IMG/VR virus record: IMGVR_UViG_3300028610_001217
Direction: 5' to 3' (one strand)
Origin: a virus
Taxonomy: Duplodnaviria > Heunggongvirae > Uroviricota > Caudoviricetes
DNA length: 37,301 bases
This document shows positions 23,308-33,724 of this stretch, in pieces; the first letter of the stretch is position 1, and each line of letters begins with the position of its first letter. Below the pieces are notes generated by a model. It saw nothing but the letters and a program-made list of their open reading frames with translations, ran no database searches and was not told where the DNA came from. The position numbers and the translations under genes are program-made.

Positions 23308-24132
23308 CTATGCTACTCCTCTTTGTATTCCTCTGTTGATGCCCCTAAATGGACCTCGTATTGCTATTAGTTCTACTGGTGCTGCTGCTGCTGCAATTGA
23401 TTGCGGTGTCATTATATATGTTGGGTAACTTAAAACTTCTTCCGCTTGCCACGTAAGAACATTCCCAGCACCATCATCACCAGTTCCGTTATTGGTATTG
23501 CTGCTAATATCAAGAACCGTGTCACCGTTAGCATTTGTTCCATGCGGCTTATCGTCCATTGGCCAGTAGGCCACAAGATTTGCGGGAGCAACCTGTAAGG
23601 GTATTCTCTTAACCCTTGAATCGCACAATAAGGCAGCCTGAATAGCAGATAAATCTGTATTCCAAAAAGCTATCTCACCAATAGTTCCGTCCCAATATGA
23701 TGCAACATCCCTAAGGCTACCAATGAATAAAGAAACAGCATTATTTATATTCCCCATGACCCCGGAAGAAACTGTAGCGCCATTAGATAAGGCACCGTCA
23801 ATATATATATCAGGCAAATCTCCAGAATATACAAAGGTTGCGTGGTGCCAAGCTCCATCATCTAGGCCAGTAGCCGCTGATGTTCTAACTCGTCTATTGG
23901 CTGACCCATTTGTCCAAACCTGCCAAGAAATAGCTCCGCCCGAACTTTGCCTTAATTCTGTGAAAAATCCACGTGTAATATCATATTTAGTAACAAATGT
24001 TCCAATTTGGGCAGCACCCAAGGTATTATGTTTAAACCAAACAGCACAAGAAAAATTCCCTGACCCAAAATCCAGTGTCGCATTATCATCAACACTAACT
24101 ATTTCGTCTGTCCCGCCAAATAGAATAGGCAT
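23308..24132 (-). CDS. LamG/concanavalin-A-like domain protein (carbohydrate-binding virion protein)
   Basis: FS...WFK, DGAWHH..FVY, IYIDG, FIG, WDG.I.E.AFWN..LS, LVAYW.MD. Confidence 0.85.
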   Translation of the reverse strand: MPILFGGTDEIVSVDDNATLDFGSGNFSCAVWFKHNTLGAAQIGTFVTKYDITRGFFTELRQSSGGAISWQVWTNGSANRRVRTSAATGLDDGAWHHATFVYSGDLPDIYIDGALSNGATVSSGVMGNINNAVSLFIGSLRDVASYWDGTIGEIAFWNTDLSAIQAALLCDSRVKRIPLQVAPANLVAYWPMDDKPHGTNANGDTVLDISSNTNNGTGDDGAGNVLTWQAEEVLSYPTYIMTPQSIAAAAAPVELIAIRGPFRGINRGIQRGVA

Positions 24133-24404
24133 TACTTTAAAACTCCCGAACTATGACTAGGTACGTCTTTACTTTTAGCTCCGCTTGCTACTGGGCTATC
24201 AACAAGTGCTTGAGCGTCGTTAGCATATTGAATTAAAGCTGTTACTTCTGCCGCTGTAAGTTTTGTATCCGTGAGGTCAATTCCTAAAGCCTGAAAATTA
24301 GCCTTAGCCGTTTGCAAAAGATTATTACCTTGCTGAAACTTTTCGTCAGCTTCGATAACTGCTTGAACTAACGCCTGAACTATCTTTTGTTTCGCTATCA
24401 TCAT
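24132..24404 (-). CDS. hypothetical helical protein
   Basis: Tightly packed in the operon. Confidence 0.65.
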   Translation of the reverse strand: MMIAKQKIVQALVQAVIEADEKFQQGNNLLQTAKANFQALGIDLTDTKLTAAEVTALIQYANDAQALVDSPVASGAKSKDVPSHSSGVLK

Positions 24405-24410
24405 TATCTC

Positions 24411-24911
24411 CTATGTTGAATATTCAAAAGTTAGCGCTCTGACCTCAGCATCACCTGAAGCAGTATCGCTAGAACTAGCAACAGCTCTGGATAACCTTAA
24501 AACGATAAACCTATCTGCCGCTAAAGTTCCAGTAGTAAGCGAAGCTGTTATTTCTTGAATAAAGCCTACGCTAGAAGAAACTGCGACAGCAAAACTTGTG
24601 GCGGTCGCAAACCCAGGCACCGTAGAATTAGGGTTCCCGCTCGACAACCCTTTAGTGTCAATATTAAAATCTACTGAGCCTGAGCTTGATGTCATAGTAA
24701 ATTGAATATTGGCGGAAGGACTGTCTGTATAATTACTAGGCATTTGAAATGTCCACGTAGCTTGTTCTGCTGTTGAAGCATCAAATAGGAGCGCCCATGT
24801 ATTTTGGCCTCCATCTATTCCTGCAGGATTGGTAATATAGTTAGCACCATCGACAGTTGAGCCTACTATCTTGGCTGATTGAACTGGAAATATTAGTCTT
24901 TGTATTGCCAT
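24411..24911 (-). CDS. beta-rich hypothetical virion protein
   Basis: LFDAS..EQA..TFQMP.NY pattern common in phage tail accessory proteins; AGGGT RBS. Confidence 0.65.
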   Translation of the reverse strand: MAIQRLIFPVQSAKIVGSTVDGANYITNPAGIDGGQNTWALLFDASTAEQATWTFQMPSNYTDSPSANIQFTMTSSSGSVDFNIDTKGLSSGNPNSTVPGFATATSFAVAVSSSVGFIQEITASLTTGTLAADRFIVLRLSRAVASSSDTASGDAEVRALTFEYST

Positions 24912-24914
24912 TTA

Positions 24915-25169
24915 TTACCCTTCTTTCTTTTTTGTTTTTGGCGTTGAGTTAATTTTACAGTTTTGTATTACTTCGGCAAGTTTTTCGAAAGCTCTTCCCA
25001 TTTTGTAAGTAGCTTGTTCCATATGGCTTAAGTGGTTAGCTACAATTTTTTGTAAGTCACTTTCATGCTTAGCGTTAATCTGATCTAATTTTGTTTGCCT
25101 TACGTGCTGAAAATACAATGCTGCCGCAAGAACTCCTAGTGCCCCATATTCTAAAAATGATGCATCCAT
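24915..25169 (-). CDS. small membrane protein (second holin/BhlA-like?)
   Basis: N-terminal YGALGVLAAALYF followed by a coiled coil; AGGAG RBS. Confidence 0.55.
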   Translation of the reverse strand: MDASFLEYGALGVLAAALYFQHVRQTKLDQINAKHESDLQKIVANHLSHMEQATYKMGRAFEKLAEVIQNCKINSTPKTKKKEG

Positions 25170-25178
25170 GCCTTCTCC

Positions 25179-25526
25179 TTAATTTGATGCCGATACCCAA
25201 ACGCTGGTTGCAGCGCCGGTTGTAGCTTGATTAATTAGATTGGCTCTCACATACGTCACCGGCTGATCAATATTGAAAAGAATATCACCACTAACGTCCC
25301 CAGAACTAGTTGCCCAAGTATCAACAACTCGCCATTCCGAAGAGCCTCCGCCAGTTAAACTAACTTGCAATTGCACCGCAGCACTAGACGCCGAAGTTAC
25401 AACTTGCATCCCTAACTTAGAAAAGGCTGCACCCAAGGCAACCCCTGAGCTAGTTGTGGTTGATCCAGCTGAGGAAAGCAGCCTAATGCTTCCAAGTATT
25501 CCGTAATTTCTTCTACCATACGCCAT
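25179..25526 (-). CDS. small Ser/Thr-rich beta-sandwich virion protein
   Basis: AGGAGT RBS; VQLQVSL....W pattern. Confidence 0.65.
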   Translation of the reverse strand: MAYGRRNYGILGSIRLLSSAGSTTTSSGVALGAAFSKLGMQVVTSASSAAVQLQVSLTGGGSSEWRVVDTWATSSGDVSGDILFNIDQPVTYVRANLINQATTGAATSVWVSASN

Positions 25527-25538
25527 TTAATTCACTCC

Positions 25539-26339
25539 TTATCTTAATTTCATTGTTCGTAAATTGAATTTTGCATTCTCATCTACAAGCATAATATCAA
25601 ATTGACCGCCTGCATCGCCAGCTGCAGCTGCAGAAATCGCCGACATCTTAATTTCTGCCCCACTAGGCATTTTTAATGGAACAGTAAACGGGATCCAACC
25701 ACTGGCCATATCTTTCAAAACTACAATATCTTGGAATAAGAAGACACCTGCTGTTAATGATCTATCAAAACGTTCAACTGTGGCCCTCAGTCGACAATCA
25801 ATTCTTTGAGAAATACCAGTTACTTGCCAGCCCATAACATAACCAATTTTATCAGAAGGCACTTTATACCTACCGCTTAGTGATTGATTGCCACCAGCCG
25901 CGATATATTCCCAAGTTGTTGCCCCATCTGTACTTCTTATAGAAATATTACCTACAGCAGTTTCATTGCTTGTTCCCCCAATTGTTTTAACGTGTGCCCA
26001 TTGAATAAAATCTATGTTAGTAGACGCAGTTTGAACAGGAGTTGTTCCATTCATAATTAGGGTTTCTTGTTGCTCTATGCCGTCACCATCTAAAAAGTGT
26101 AGATCCATAGTGCGAGCGCCGGAACTAGCTGCTTCATCTGCACTGCTATCTGATAGAATTTCTGCACTGACAGCACCCCCAGGAGCATCATAAATTAATG
26201 CACTAGGAATTTGCGTTAAATCATCCAAAATGACTTGAGACAATGAATTTTTACGACCCGGTATTGAATACATTCTATAGCCATCAATATGACCTGAAGC
26301 TATATGGAAAAAGAAATCCTCGTTTCCCCAAAAAGACAC
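25539..26339 (-). CDS. hypothetical virion-associated protein
   Basis: 266 aa ORF in the tail cluster; GART..L..LD motif seen in environmental phage proteins. Confidence 0.7.
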   Translation of the reverse strand: MSFWGNEDFFFHIASGHIDGYRMYSIPGRKNSLSQVILDDLTQIPSALIYDAPGGAVSAEILSDSSADEAASSGARTMDLHFLDGDGIEQQETLIMNGTTPVQTASTNIDFIQWAHVKTIGGTSNETAVGNISIRSTDGATTWEYIAAGGNQSLSGRYKVPSDKIGYVMGWQVTGISQRIDCRLRATVERFDRSLTAGVFLFQDIVVLKDMASGWIPFTVPLKMPSGAEIKMSAISAAAAGDAGGQFDIMLVDENAKFNLRTMKLR

Positions 26340-26386
26340 TTAAATCACCACTTTCAATTTAATCTTTGAATTGACATATAAGGGGG

Positions 26387-27922
26387 TCATCGGCTCACCA
26401 GCTCAAAATCTAAACGTGAAGCAGGTGTTTCTAGCTGAATAGTAACCGACTCTTCTGATCCTGATATATTTACACTTACTGCTGTAACTTCAAATATATT
26501 TATGCCATTTGTTACTGTTGAAGCAGACATATCCCCTAAGGTCGCAGGCGAAGCATCTAAATCATGTATTTGAATAATATCATTAGGGCGGATAAACCAT
26601 GCAGGCTTATTGCCGAATTTAGAAAGAATCGGCCCCTTTAATATCATTTGCCCTTTTGCGCGAGGTCTCCCAAATTCTGTTAAAAATTGGTCACCTGCTT
26701 CTTCGGCAGCAGTTGTTGATGTTGTGTTAACTTTAATATGAGCTTCTTTGGTAATTCCAAAGTTATCAAATAAATCTATAATTGCAGTGCGGGTAACAGT
26801 AGTAGTTCTTCCGTCAGAAGTTAAAAACTCCACCACGACAGAATTAAACATTTCTTGAATTGATTTCCCAGCTAAATCTAATAACCCGTCGTCTACGGAT
26901 ATAAACCAATCAATTGTATCTCTTAATATTGCAGTTGCCCGATAGCGAGGTTTATCGTCTGAACCGACTTCGTAAATACCAGTCTTCCAATCTTCCCCAA
27001 CAACAGCTCTCTTTATCAGCTCTAAAGGAGTGGTAGGGTTTTCCGCAAAGAAGTCTGTAATTGTTGCTGTGCCAGTATCTATGTCGGAAAAGTCCGTAGA
27101 TAACGCAGTTGCGAAATCGGGAATAATATCCTTAATAAAATCATCTGCTGTATTGGTGCCGGTAAAATTTGAAGAACCGTTTACCCGAAGACTCGTACCC
27201 TTAAAATGCGTTGAACTATTCCCCGTAATAACAGCAGAATTAGCGAGGTGAAAAGCTACACCCTTTTTCCCCGCAGTTAATACAATATCTGTTGATCCTG
27301 ATTGATTTGTAAGGTCACCTTCTAGGCTAAATTCTGTAACAGGGTTTGTAATGTCGTCGTCATAAGAAGTTAGGCGGCCAAATCTACTAGTGCCAATTCC
27401 CCCTCCAAGTTCAAAATCAAACACAACACTGTAAATATCTTGATTGATTGCGTCACTATTAGAGAGTCGATAATAAAGACCCGTAAAAGAAGGAGCGGGT
27501 AAAGTCCCATCCCTTACTTTGATAAATACACGGTTGTTGTTGTCTCTATCCGTCCCATCCCAGTTGTTGCCGTTAGGGTACGGCACAGGAGGAGTTACAT
27601 CCCAATTAGCCGATCCAGTATCTACCCACAATTTTTGTACGAGTTCATCCTTGAGGTGGGATGTGTACCCCACCGCCGTAATAAGAACTTCTCCGCTTTC
27701 TGTTACAAGAGGTTCATCCTCTATTCTCCCCAACCAAAGTAATTCGGTATTGTCGTAAATTCTAAGGTCATCTAGTTGTTCAGGTAAATCCATTTCGTTA
27801 GGTAATAGAATTTCTGCTTTCTCGCAACCTGCACCAATTAGGTATGAAAAGTTAAGAGTATAAATAGTCGCCGGGTGAAATTGGTTTCCGCCGCCATCTT
27901 TTGTGACAATGTTTATACTCAT
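26387..27922 (-). CDS. baseplate hub/Tal-like tail protein
   Basis: Second gene after the TMP; LWLGRIE, ITAVGY, N.VVV.F patterns. Confidence 0.65.
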   Translation of the reverse strand: MSINIVTKDGGGNQFHPATIYTLNFSYLIGAGCEKAEILLPNEMDLPEQLDDLRIYDNTELLWLGRIEDEPLVTESGEVLITAVGYTSHLKDELVQKLWVDTGSANWDVTPPVPYPNGNNWDGTDRDNNNRVFIKVRDGTLPAPSFTGLYYRLSNSDAINQDIYSVVFDFELGGGIGTSRFGRLTSYDDDITNPVTEFSLEGDLTNQSGSTDIVLTAGKKGVAFHLANSAVITGNSSTHFKGTSLRVNGSSNFTGTNTADDFIKDIIPDFATALSTDFSDIDTGTATITDFFAENPTTPLELIKRAVVGEDWKTGIYEVGSDDKPRYRATAILRDTIDWFISVDDGLLDLAGKSIQEMFNSVVVEFLTSDGRTTTVTRTAIIDLFDNFGITKEAHIKVNTTSTTAAEEAGDQFLTEFGRPRAKGQMILKGPILSKFGNKPAWFIRPNDIIQIHDLDASPATLGDMSASTVTNGINIFEVTAVSVNISGSEESVTIQLETPASRLDFELVSR

Positions 27923-30135
27923 CCGCTTGACTCCGGCGAGAGGAACCTAGCAAAATATTTCATCGTCACCAATGCGTCATTTATACCTTTTTGTTTATTA
28001 GTTGCCGAACCTGTAGAAGTTTCAAGAATAACAATATTATTCCTTAGGCCCGGTCGCAAAAGAGGTGGGGAACCGTTCCAAGTTACTCTTTGAAATCCCT
28101 TATTGACAGCATTCATATCTGAATCCAACGTAATAGCTTGTCCTTGAGTAGCACCGTCGTTTGCTGTGCTCCCACCGATAAAAACTGCTTCGCCGTCTAT
28201 CGGTAATAAAACTCCAATGTCTGCATCAAAGTTCTTGTCGGGATTTCCTTCTGTTGTTCCCCTGGCTTCTAATTTAATAATAGGTGTCGGGTTGATTTCG
28301 TCTGAAACCCTTGTAATGGGAACATTTATTTCGCCTAAGTTCAGTATTTGAAACGTTGTACTGTTCAACATTGTTACCGTGTCATTTGTGACTACAGTTC
28401 CGCCCGCAAAGCCCGCTGATGCCCTTACTTCCGTGTTTGAAGGGGTTTCTGAACGACACCGTAGAAAGACTATATAACGTCCTCGATAATCCTGAACCGA
28501 AGATAAAGACCACCCCGCAGCGGGTTGAGTCCATGTTGTGCCTCCGTCTACGGTTTTAATTACTAAGAATCCAAACCCGACTATATAAATAGTATTAGCG
28601 TCAACTATATAAATTGCGATTAGAGTAGAACCCGTACCAGAAGCTTGGGCCGTCCACGTTGACCCGTCAGCGGTAACCCGCAAAACTCCGTTGTTACCGG
28701 CAAACCACCCCACACTAGAGGAGTTCATTCTAATTTTATTTAGCTCACCAGTTTCATTTGAGGTTTGAGCTGTCCACCCCGTAGAACCGCCCCCCCCAGT
28801 AGTTCTAACAAGTGTTCCTGACGATCCACAAGAAAAGACTACATTAGAAGTTGGGGCATTAATGCTTCGTAATGAATCAAAAGCATTTCCGGAATCATTT
28901 ACCCACGTTGACCCCGCCTCACCGCTGCCAGTAGTTTTAAAGATTGCCCCAAAATCTTCATCATTCCCGCAAGCATATAAAACATTAGAAGTTGGAGCAG
29001 TAATGTCTACAATATTAAGGGTTCCAGGTACTCCTTCTAGTTGAGTTGTAATCGCCCCTGTAGAAGTAAATCCGTCTGTAGTACGCATGATAAATGACGC
29101 TACCCCGCTCCCAGTAACCCACCCTACATTTGAGGAGCTAAATACTAATGCGTTAAAGTCTACTAAAGTCCCAGTGGCCTTAAGGCTCCACGTCGCTCCT
29201 CCATCAGTAGTCCTAATAACTACTCCACTTTTCCCGCAAGCAAATACAGTGTTATCACCTAGAGCTTGAACACCAGTTAATCTAATCCCCACATTTGAGG
29301 TTTGTTCCGACCATGTATTAGCCCCGTTCGTGGTTTTAAACACGACTCCGGCGTCACCAACCGCCCAACCTATCGCTGGCGTAGCAGTTGAAAACGAAAC
29401 TGCGTACAAATCGTCGTTGTCACCCGTAACAGAAGTAAACGCCGAAGTAACAGCAACAGTGGAAAATTCTCCGTTATGCGTAAACCCAGTAGAGTTACTT
29501 GAGTTACCTTGAAAGTCTTTCAACGGGTCGAACAAGGTTTCGGAAATAGGAGCCTTACGAGTTCCTACATATAAGTCATTACCAAACCCATTAGAAGACG
29601 CAGCTATTTCAACAAATACAGGAGTTTCTATGTCTCCCGATACTGTAGAGGCAGCTAAGATGGCAGGGGTTGGACTAAATGTTTGTTGAGCAATTGTTAT
29701 TTGCTCTCCCCGCCAAAACGGCTCACATTCTAAGTGTAAGATAGCCTCAATAGCAGTATTCTTCTCTGTATAAAACCATTCTAATCTTGTTTGCCTTGAC
29801 CCCGAAATAACATCAGAAAAGTTATCTACTGAGCCGCCATTGGGTGTATATTGAAGAACTAAAGAATCGCCAACATCTAATTTACGTAGTTCGGTTTCAA
29901 TAGCCCTTAGGTTTCCATTAAGCGAATCTTTAGTGCCATCTGAGCTTGAGACAATTAATTGTATTGTCCGTATGACATTAGGATATCTTTTTTTAACAAG
30001 TACGTCTCCGTCCCTAAAAGCCCTTGCCCTCATAGTAAGTTCAGGCTGAGGTTCTAAGAAGTCATGACCATTTACTTTAACCCCATATGGCGAAGAGGTT
30101 AAAGTCAAATTCCCCAATATAATTACATCAGCCAT
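27919..30135 (-). CDS. distal tail (Dit)-like protein with an inserted YCF48/BNR beta-propeller
   Basis: First gene after the TMP; CEPFWRG Dit-like motif; about seven (K/R)TTDGG.TW Asp-box repeats. Confidence 0.75.
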   Translation of the reverse strand: MADVIILGNLTLTSSPYGVKVNGHDFLEPQPELTMRARAFRDGDVLVKKRYPNVIRTIQLIVSSSDGTKDSLNGNLRAIETELRKLDVGDSLVLQYTPNGGSVDNFSDVISGSRQTRLEWFYTEKNTAIEAILHLECEPFWRGEQITIAQQTFSPTPAILAASTVSGDIETPVFVEIAASSNGFGNDLYVGTRKAPISETLFDPLKDFQGNSSNSTGFTHNGEFSTVAVTSAFTSVTGDNDDLYAVSFSTATPAIGWAVGDAGVVFKTTNGANTWSEQTSNVGIRLTGVQALGDNTVFACGKSGVVIRTTDGGATWSLKATGTLVDFNALVFSSSNVGWVTGSGVASFIMRTTDGFTSTGAITTQLEGVPGTLNIVDITAPTSNVLYACGNDEDFGAIFKTTGSGEAGSTWVNDSGNAFDSLRSINAPTSNVVFSCGSSGTLVRTTGGGGSTGWTAQTSNETGELNKIRMNSSSVGWFAGNNGVLRVTADGSTWTAQASGTGSTLIAIYIVDANTIYIVGFGFLVIKTVDGGTTWTQPAAGWSLSSVQDYRGRYIVFLRCRSETPSNTEVRASAGFAGGTVVTNDTVTMLNSTTFQILNLGEINVPITRVSDEINPTPIIKLEARGTTEGNPDKNFDADIGVLLPIDGEAVFIGGSTANDGATQGQAITLDSDMNAVNKGFQRVTWNGSPPLLRPGLRNNIVILETSTGSATNKQKGINDALVTMKYFARFLSPESSG

Positions 30136-33100
30136 TAGTTGTTACTCGCTTCCTTAGATTAGCAGAGCGTGTCATGCGCCTCACTTCGTCCATAAAATCG
30201 CCAGCCAACCCCCTACCATCAACATTACCGCTTGCATTAATGGTTATATTGAACGTATTAGTTGTTCCGCTGCCACCTTCACCCGCTAATTGTGCCCCGG
30301 ATAACGATAAGGTGTTGAAATTATCTTTTAATAACGACCTTACGGATTCCCTAGGGTTATTGGCGGTGTTATTAATCCCTGAAGCCAACCCTTCCGTCAT
30401 AAATGCACCAATCTTAGCAAATTCTTTGGAAGGTGAAGCGATACCTAGGACTGACTTCAGCTGCCTTATCATTTTCTCCCCAAAGCCACCGATTTTGTTC
30501 CCCAACCAATTAGATAATTCTTGTATTCCTTCGTTTATTCCTTTAACCAAGTTCTTGCCTATTTGTACGCCCTTAGTGCCAGATAGTTTCCTTAAGCCGT
30601 CCATAAATGCTACAACATTTTCTGGGGGTTTCTTGAAGAAGTTATGATTCTCAAATTCTTCGCCAAAATCACCAGCTGCAGCAGCCCCGGCAAAACCAAC
30701 TTGATTACTCAATACTTGATTTTTGCTCCATTGATTAATAAACTCAGTTAATTTTTCAGGCGCAGCTTTAGCTAAAGCATCTAAATCTGAGAGTGCACCT
30801 GGGCCTAAAGCATATAATTCGTTGAATAAATCTTCCGGAACTTTGGTTTTTAGTTTACCCATAGTATTTTGAAAAGCCCTTAATGCGTCATTTTGCCCAG
30901 CTAAGTTATTGATTAAATCCTCTACTGGTCTCCTGCCTTGTTGTGCAGTAGCTAACTCTTCCTCAGCTGCCTTGGTTGACATTATAGATTCCTCTAAGGC
31001 TATTTGAGCTTTTAAGATTTCATTAGTCGTAGCCTCGCCAACATCTAATAATAAGTTAAGTTCTTCTTGCGCTTCCACTTGGCTCAATATAGCCTTAGTG
31101 ACACCAAGTTCTAATTTACGCATTTCATCAGCACTTATTGCTTGAGGCTTATCAACTGAATCCAATATTCCTTTCCAGTTTTTAATAGCGTTAGCCGCAG
31201 AATCAAATGCTGATATCATATCTGTTGCTCTTTGTTGCATTGTGGATAGGCTTTCATTGATAGCATCCAACACTCCCGGCCCCGGTATTTTGGACAACGT
31301 ATCATTTAGAGCTTTTTGAGCATCAGTTACCCCAAAGGCTGCTTGCTGAACAGCAATTAATGCTTTCCTGCGGTCACTCTCATTCTTTTCGGCATCTATG
31401 TTAGTTTCATTCAACGCTGCAACAGCATCACCGTGAGCAAGAATGGCACTTTGTAGGGAAAGTTCTGCCCTGGCTACTTCTTCCGCAGTTCCCTTTTGTA
31501 CCATTAAGGAGTCTGAAAGTTGAACAACCTTATCAATAACGCCATTGAGCCCACCTAGCAGCTTACTTGTTATTCCTCCCAGAGCTTTTGTAACTTCGGC
31601 CCCCTTGCTGGCTATGCCTTCAGCTAAACCTATGGTAATAAACTCACCAATTTCCTCCATGACCTTAGAAGGTGAAGAAATCCTGAATAAACGCTTGATG
31701 AAATCTATCTTATCGCCTATCCATTTTCTGATCTTTCTCTTCAGGAAACCGCCTGTTTGCAAGATGCCCTTCCAGATACCCTTAACTATATCGATACCTA
31801 TCCGAACAACACCAACAACAAGTTTAGCTATGATCCTAAAAATACCCTTAATAGCTTCCCAAAGAGCCTTGCGGATAGTAGCCCAACCTTCTTCCCAATC
31901 CCCTGTAATTAACTGCATAACACCTTTAATCAAGCCTAAAATAACTCGGGTTCCAGTCTGAACAACCTCTTTAATAATTTCCCAAACAACCATAATAGTA
32001 GTTTTAATGACAGGCCAAACTGCATCCCAAACTGCCTTGACCCGATTCATCACAACAGTAATTGTTCTTTGGATGAGCGGCCAATTTTCGTCAACCCAAT
32101 CAGTGACAAATCTTAAGTTCTTAACGATAAACTTAGAAATATCTCTTATAAGTGGTTTGGCAAATGTAACAACGTCTCCAATAATGGCGCTGATAGTCTT
32201 GAACGCAGTTTTAAAACCGCTTATATCGTCAGAAGCTTCCGAAACAAATACGTTTATGAATTTTGTAATTTCATCTATGATTGGGCCAACAACGCTTACG
32301 ACTTCCTCAAAAATTTCAATCAATGCCGGGACAACATCATTTACTATTAGGTTGAAACCATCACTAGCAGCTGCAACAAATTGCTCAATAGAAGGCATAA
32401 TTTTAGGCCCAATAGTGTCCCAATTATCAATTATGTGCTTAGCTAACAGCGCAAGAGCTGCACCCGCAATCATGAAGGGGATAAGCGGAGCCATCATAGC
32501 CCATAACGCGCTAGCCATGGCTAGAAATGCAGGAACAAGGGCTCCGCCAATAGCCCCCGCTACTGCTGTGCTATTATCAGCAGCAAATGCTAAGAATGCC
32601 ATAAATGGTCCAAATATCGTTGCGCTATTTTTTTGTAGGAAATCGATTGCGCCAACTATGGCGTCACCTATTCCCTTAAATGCTCCCTTCAGTTTGTCAC
32701 TGCTTAAAAACTTGGTTAATGCTTCAAATCCGTCAATTAGCTTATCTAAGAGTTTTCCCGGAGTAACCAAAGGTCTTCCATCAATTTGCGTAAAGTCAAC
32801 GCCTAAGATATCAAATGCTAACCCTCTAAATCTGGCGCTTAAAGAAGACAATCGTTGGTCAATAGTGTTGCCAGCTTTTTCGACAATTTTAGGATCTAGT
32901 GACTTATCGAGAACTCTAGTGAAAGTTTCAGCCGATATTTCGCCATCAGCTAAAGCTTCTCGAACTTTCTCCATATCTCCACCGAATTCTTCGGCCATGG
33001 CCTTAGCAAAACTAGGAACTCTTGCGCTCATCATATTGAATTCGTTGGTCATTGCTCGACCTTGAGATTGAACGACATTTAAAACTGCGCCAACATCTTG

Positions 33101-33535
33101 CAAACTAGTACCGCCTAAAACAGCACCCCTGGCCAATAAGTCCATTTGAGCATCAAGGTCTTCAACCGCGCCACCCATGGCCAAAAAGTCTTTCGCAGCG
33201 CCAATAGCATCAAGTCTATCAAATGGTTTACCTTGAACAAACTCAACCATGTCATTAAGAACCTTACCGGCTTCTTTAGAGTTTTTAGTCAAAGCCTGAA
33301 TTCCGGCAACTTGATTTTGAATTGTTCTAGCTTGTTGGAAGCCAAATGTGGTCAAGCCAACGAAAGCTGCTCCCAAAGCAGCCATACCGCCAGCAAGAGC
33401 AAAAGAACCTGTTCTGGCGGCCTGAAGCCTTCTGGAGAACCCTTTGGTTGTAGTTGCAGCACTATTTAAGCCCTTAGAAAATTGGGCTGAATCTAAGCCT
33501 AAAGTTGCCTCTAACGCACCTACATTAATGGCCAC
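30128..33535 (-). CDS. tape measure protein
   Basis: 1135 aa helical Ala/Gly/Ile-rich protein; N-terminal tape-measure domain; 11-aa periodic W repeats; ISSPSK/IASPSK motifs. Confidence 0.95.
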   Translation of the reverse strand: MAINVGALEATLGLDSAQFSKGLNSAATTTKGFSRRLQAARTGSFALAGGMAALGAAFVGLTTFGFQQARTIQNQVAGIQALTKNSKEAGKVLNDMVEFVQGKPFDRLDAIGAAKDFLAMGGAVEDLDAQMDLLARGAVLGGTSLQDVGAVLNVVQSQGRAMTNEFNMMSARVPSFAKAMAEEFGGDMEKVREALADGEISAETFTRVLDKSLDPKIVEKAGNTIDQRLSSLSARFRGLAFDILGVDFTQIDGRPLVTPGKLLDKLIDGFEALTKFLSSDKLKGAFKGIGDAIVGAIDFLQKNSATIFGPFMAFLAFAADNSTAVAGAIGGALVPAFLAMASALWAMMAPLIPFMIAGAALALLAKHIIDNWDTIGPKIMPSIEQFVAAASDGFNLIVNDVVPALIEIFEEVVSVVGPIIDEITKFINVFVSEASDDISGFKTAFKTISAIIGDVVTFAKPLIRDISKFIVKNLRFVTDWVDENWPLIQRTITVVMNRVKAVWDAVWPVIKTTIMVVWEIIKEVVQTGTRVILGLIKGVMQLITGDWEEGWATIRKALWEAIKGIFRIIAKLVVGVVRIGIDIVKGIWKGILQTGGFLKRKIRKWIGDKIDFIKRLFRISSPSKVMEEIGEFITIGLAEGIASKGAEVTKALGGITSKLLGGLNGVIDKVVQLSDSLMVQKGTAEEVARAELSLQSAILAHGDAVAALNETNIDAEKNESDRRKALIAVQQAAFGVTDAQKALNDTLSKIPGPGVLDAINESLSTMQQRATDMISAFDSAANAIKNWKGILDSVDKPQAISADEMRKLELGVTKAILSQVEAQEELNLLLDVGEATTNEILKAQIALEESIMSTKAAEEELATAQQGRRPVEDLINNLAGQNDALRAFQNTMGKLKTKVPEDLFNELYALGPGALSDLDALAKAAPEKLTEFINQWSKNQVLSNQVGFAGAAAAGDFGEEFENHNFFKKPPENVVAFMDGLRKLSGTKGVQIGKNLVKGINEGIQELSNWLGNKIGGFGEKMIRQLKSVLGIASPSKEFAKIGAFMTEGLASGINNTANNPRESVRSLLKDNFNTLSLSGAQLAGEGGSGTTNTFNITINASGNVDGRGLAGDFMDEVRRMTRSANLRKRVTTNG

Positions 33536-33538
33536 TGG

Positions 33539-33724
33539 TTAACTTTTCTTTCTAGCTTTCTTCATAGCTTCTTCTTCTTTCTTCGCCCTAACTTCATCAT
33601 AAATTATCCACAATTGATATTCCATTTGACTCATACCTTCCTTCAGCTGAGATACAGTCCCCCCTAAGCGCTCAGCTAGACCAAAAACATACATTAGCTC
33701 AGGGTTTAGGTAAAAAGCTTTTTA
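33539..33724 (-). CDS. tail assembly chaperone frameshift extension (gpT-like)
   Basis: The -1 frame is open from AAAAAG/CTTTTT at 33712-33724 to TAA at 33539 (…YLNPELMYVFGLAERLGGTVSQL…EYQLW…). Confidence 0.7.

Noticed and set aside
32007-33065. 352-aa plus-strand ORF and other long antisense ORFs (e.g. 542-1039, 23723-24160, 30174-30647, 17917-18297)
   Set aside because: Shadow frames of well-supported genes on the other strand; no RBS, motifs or operon context.
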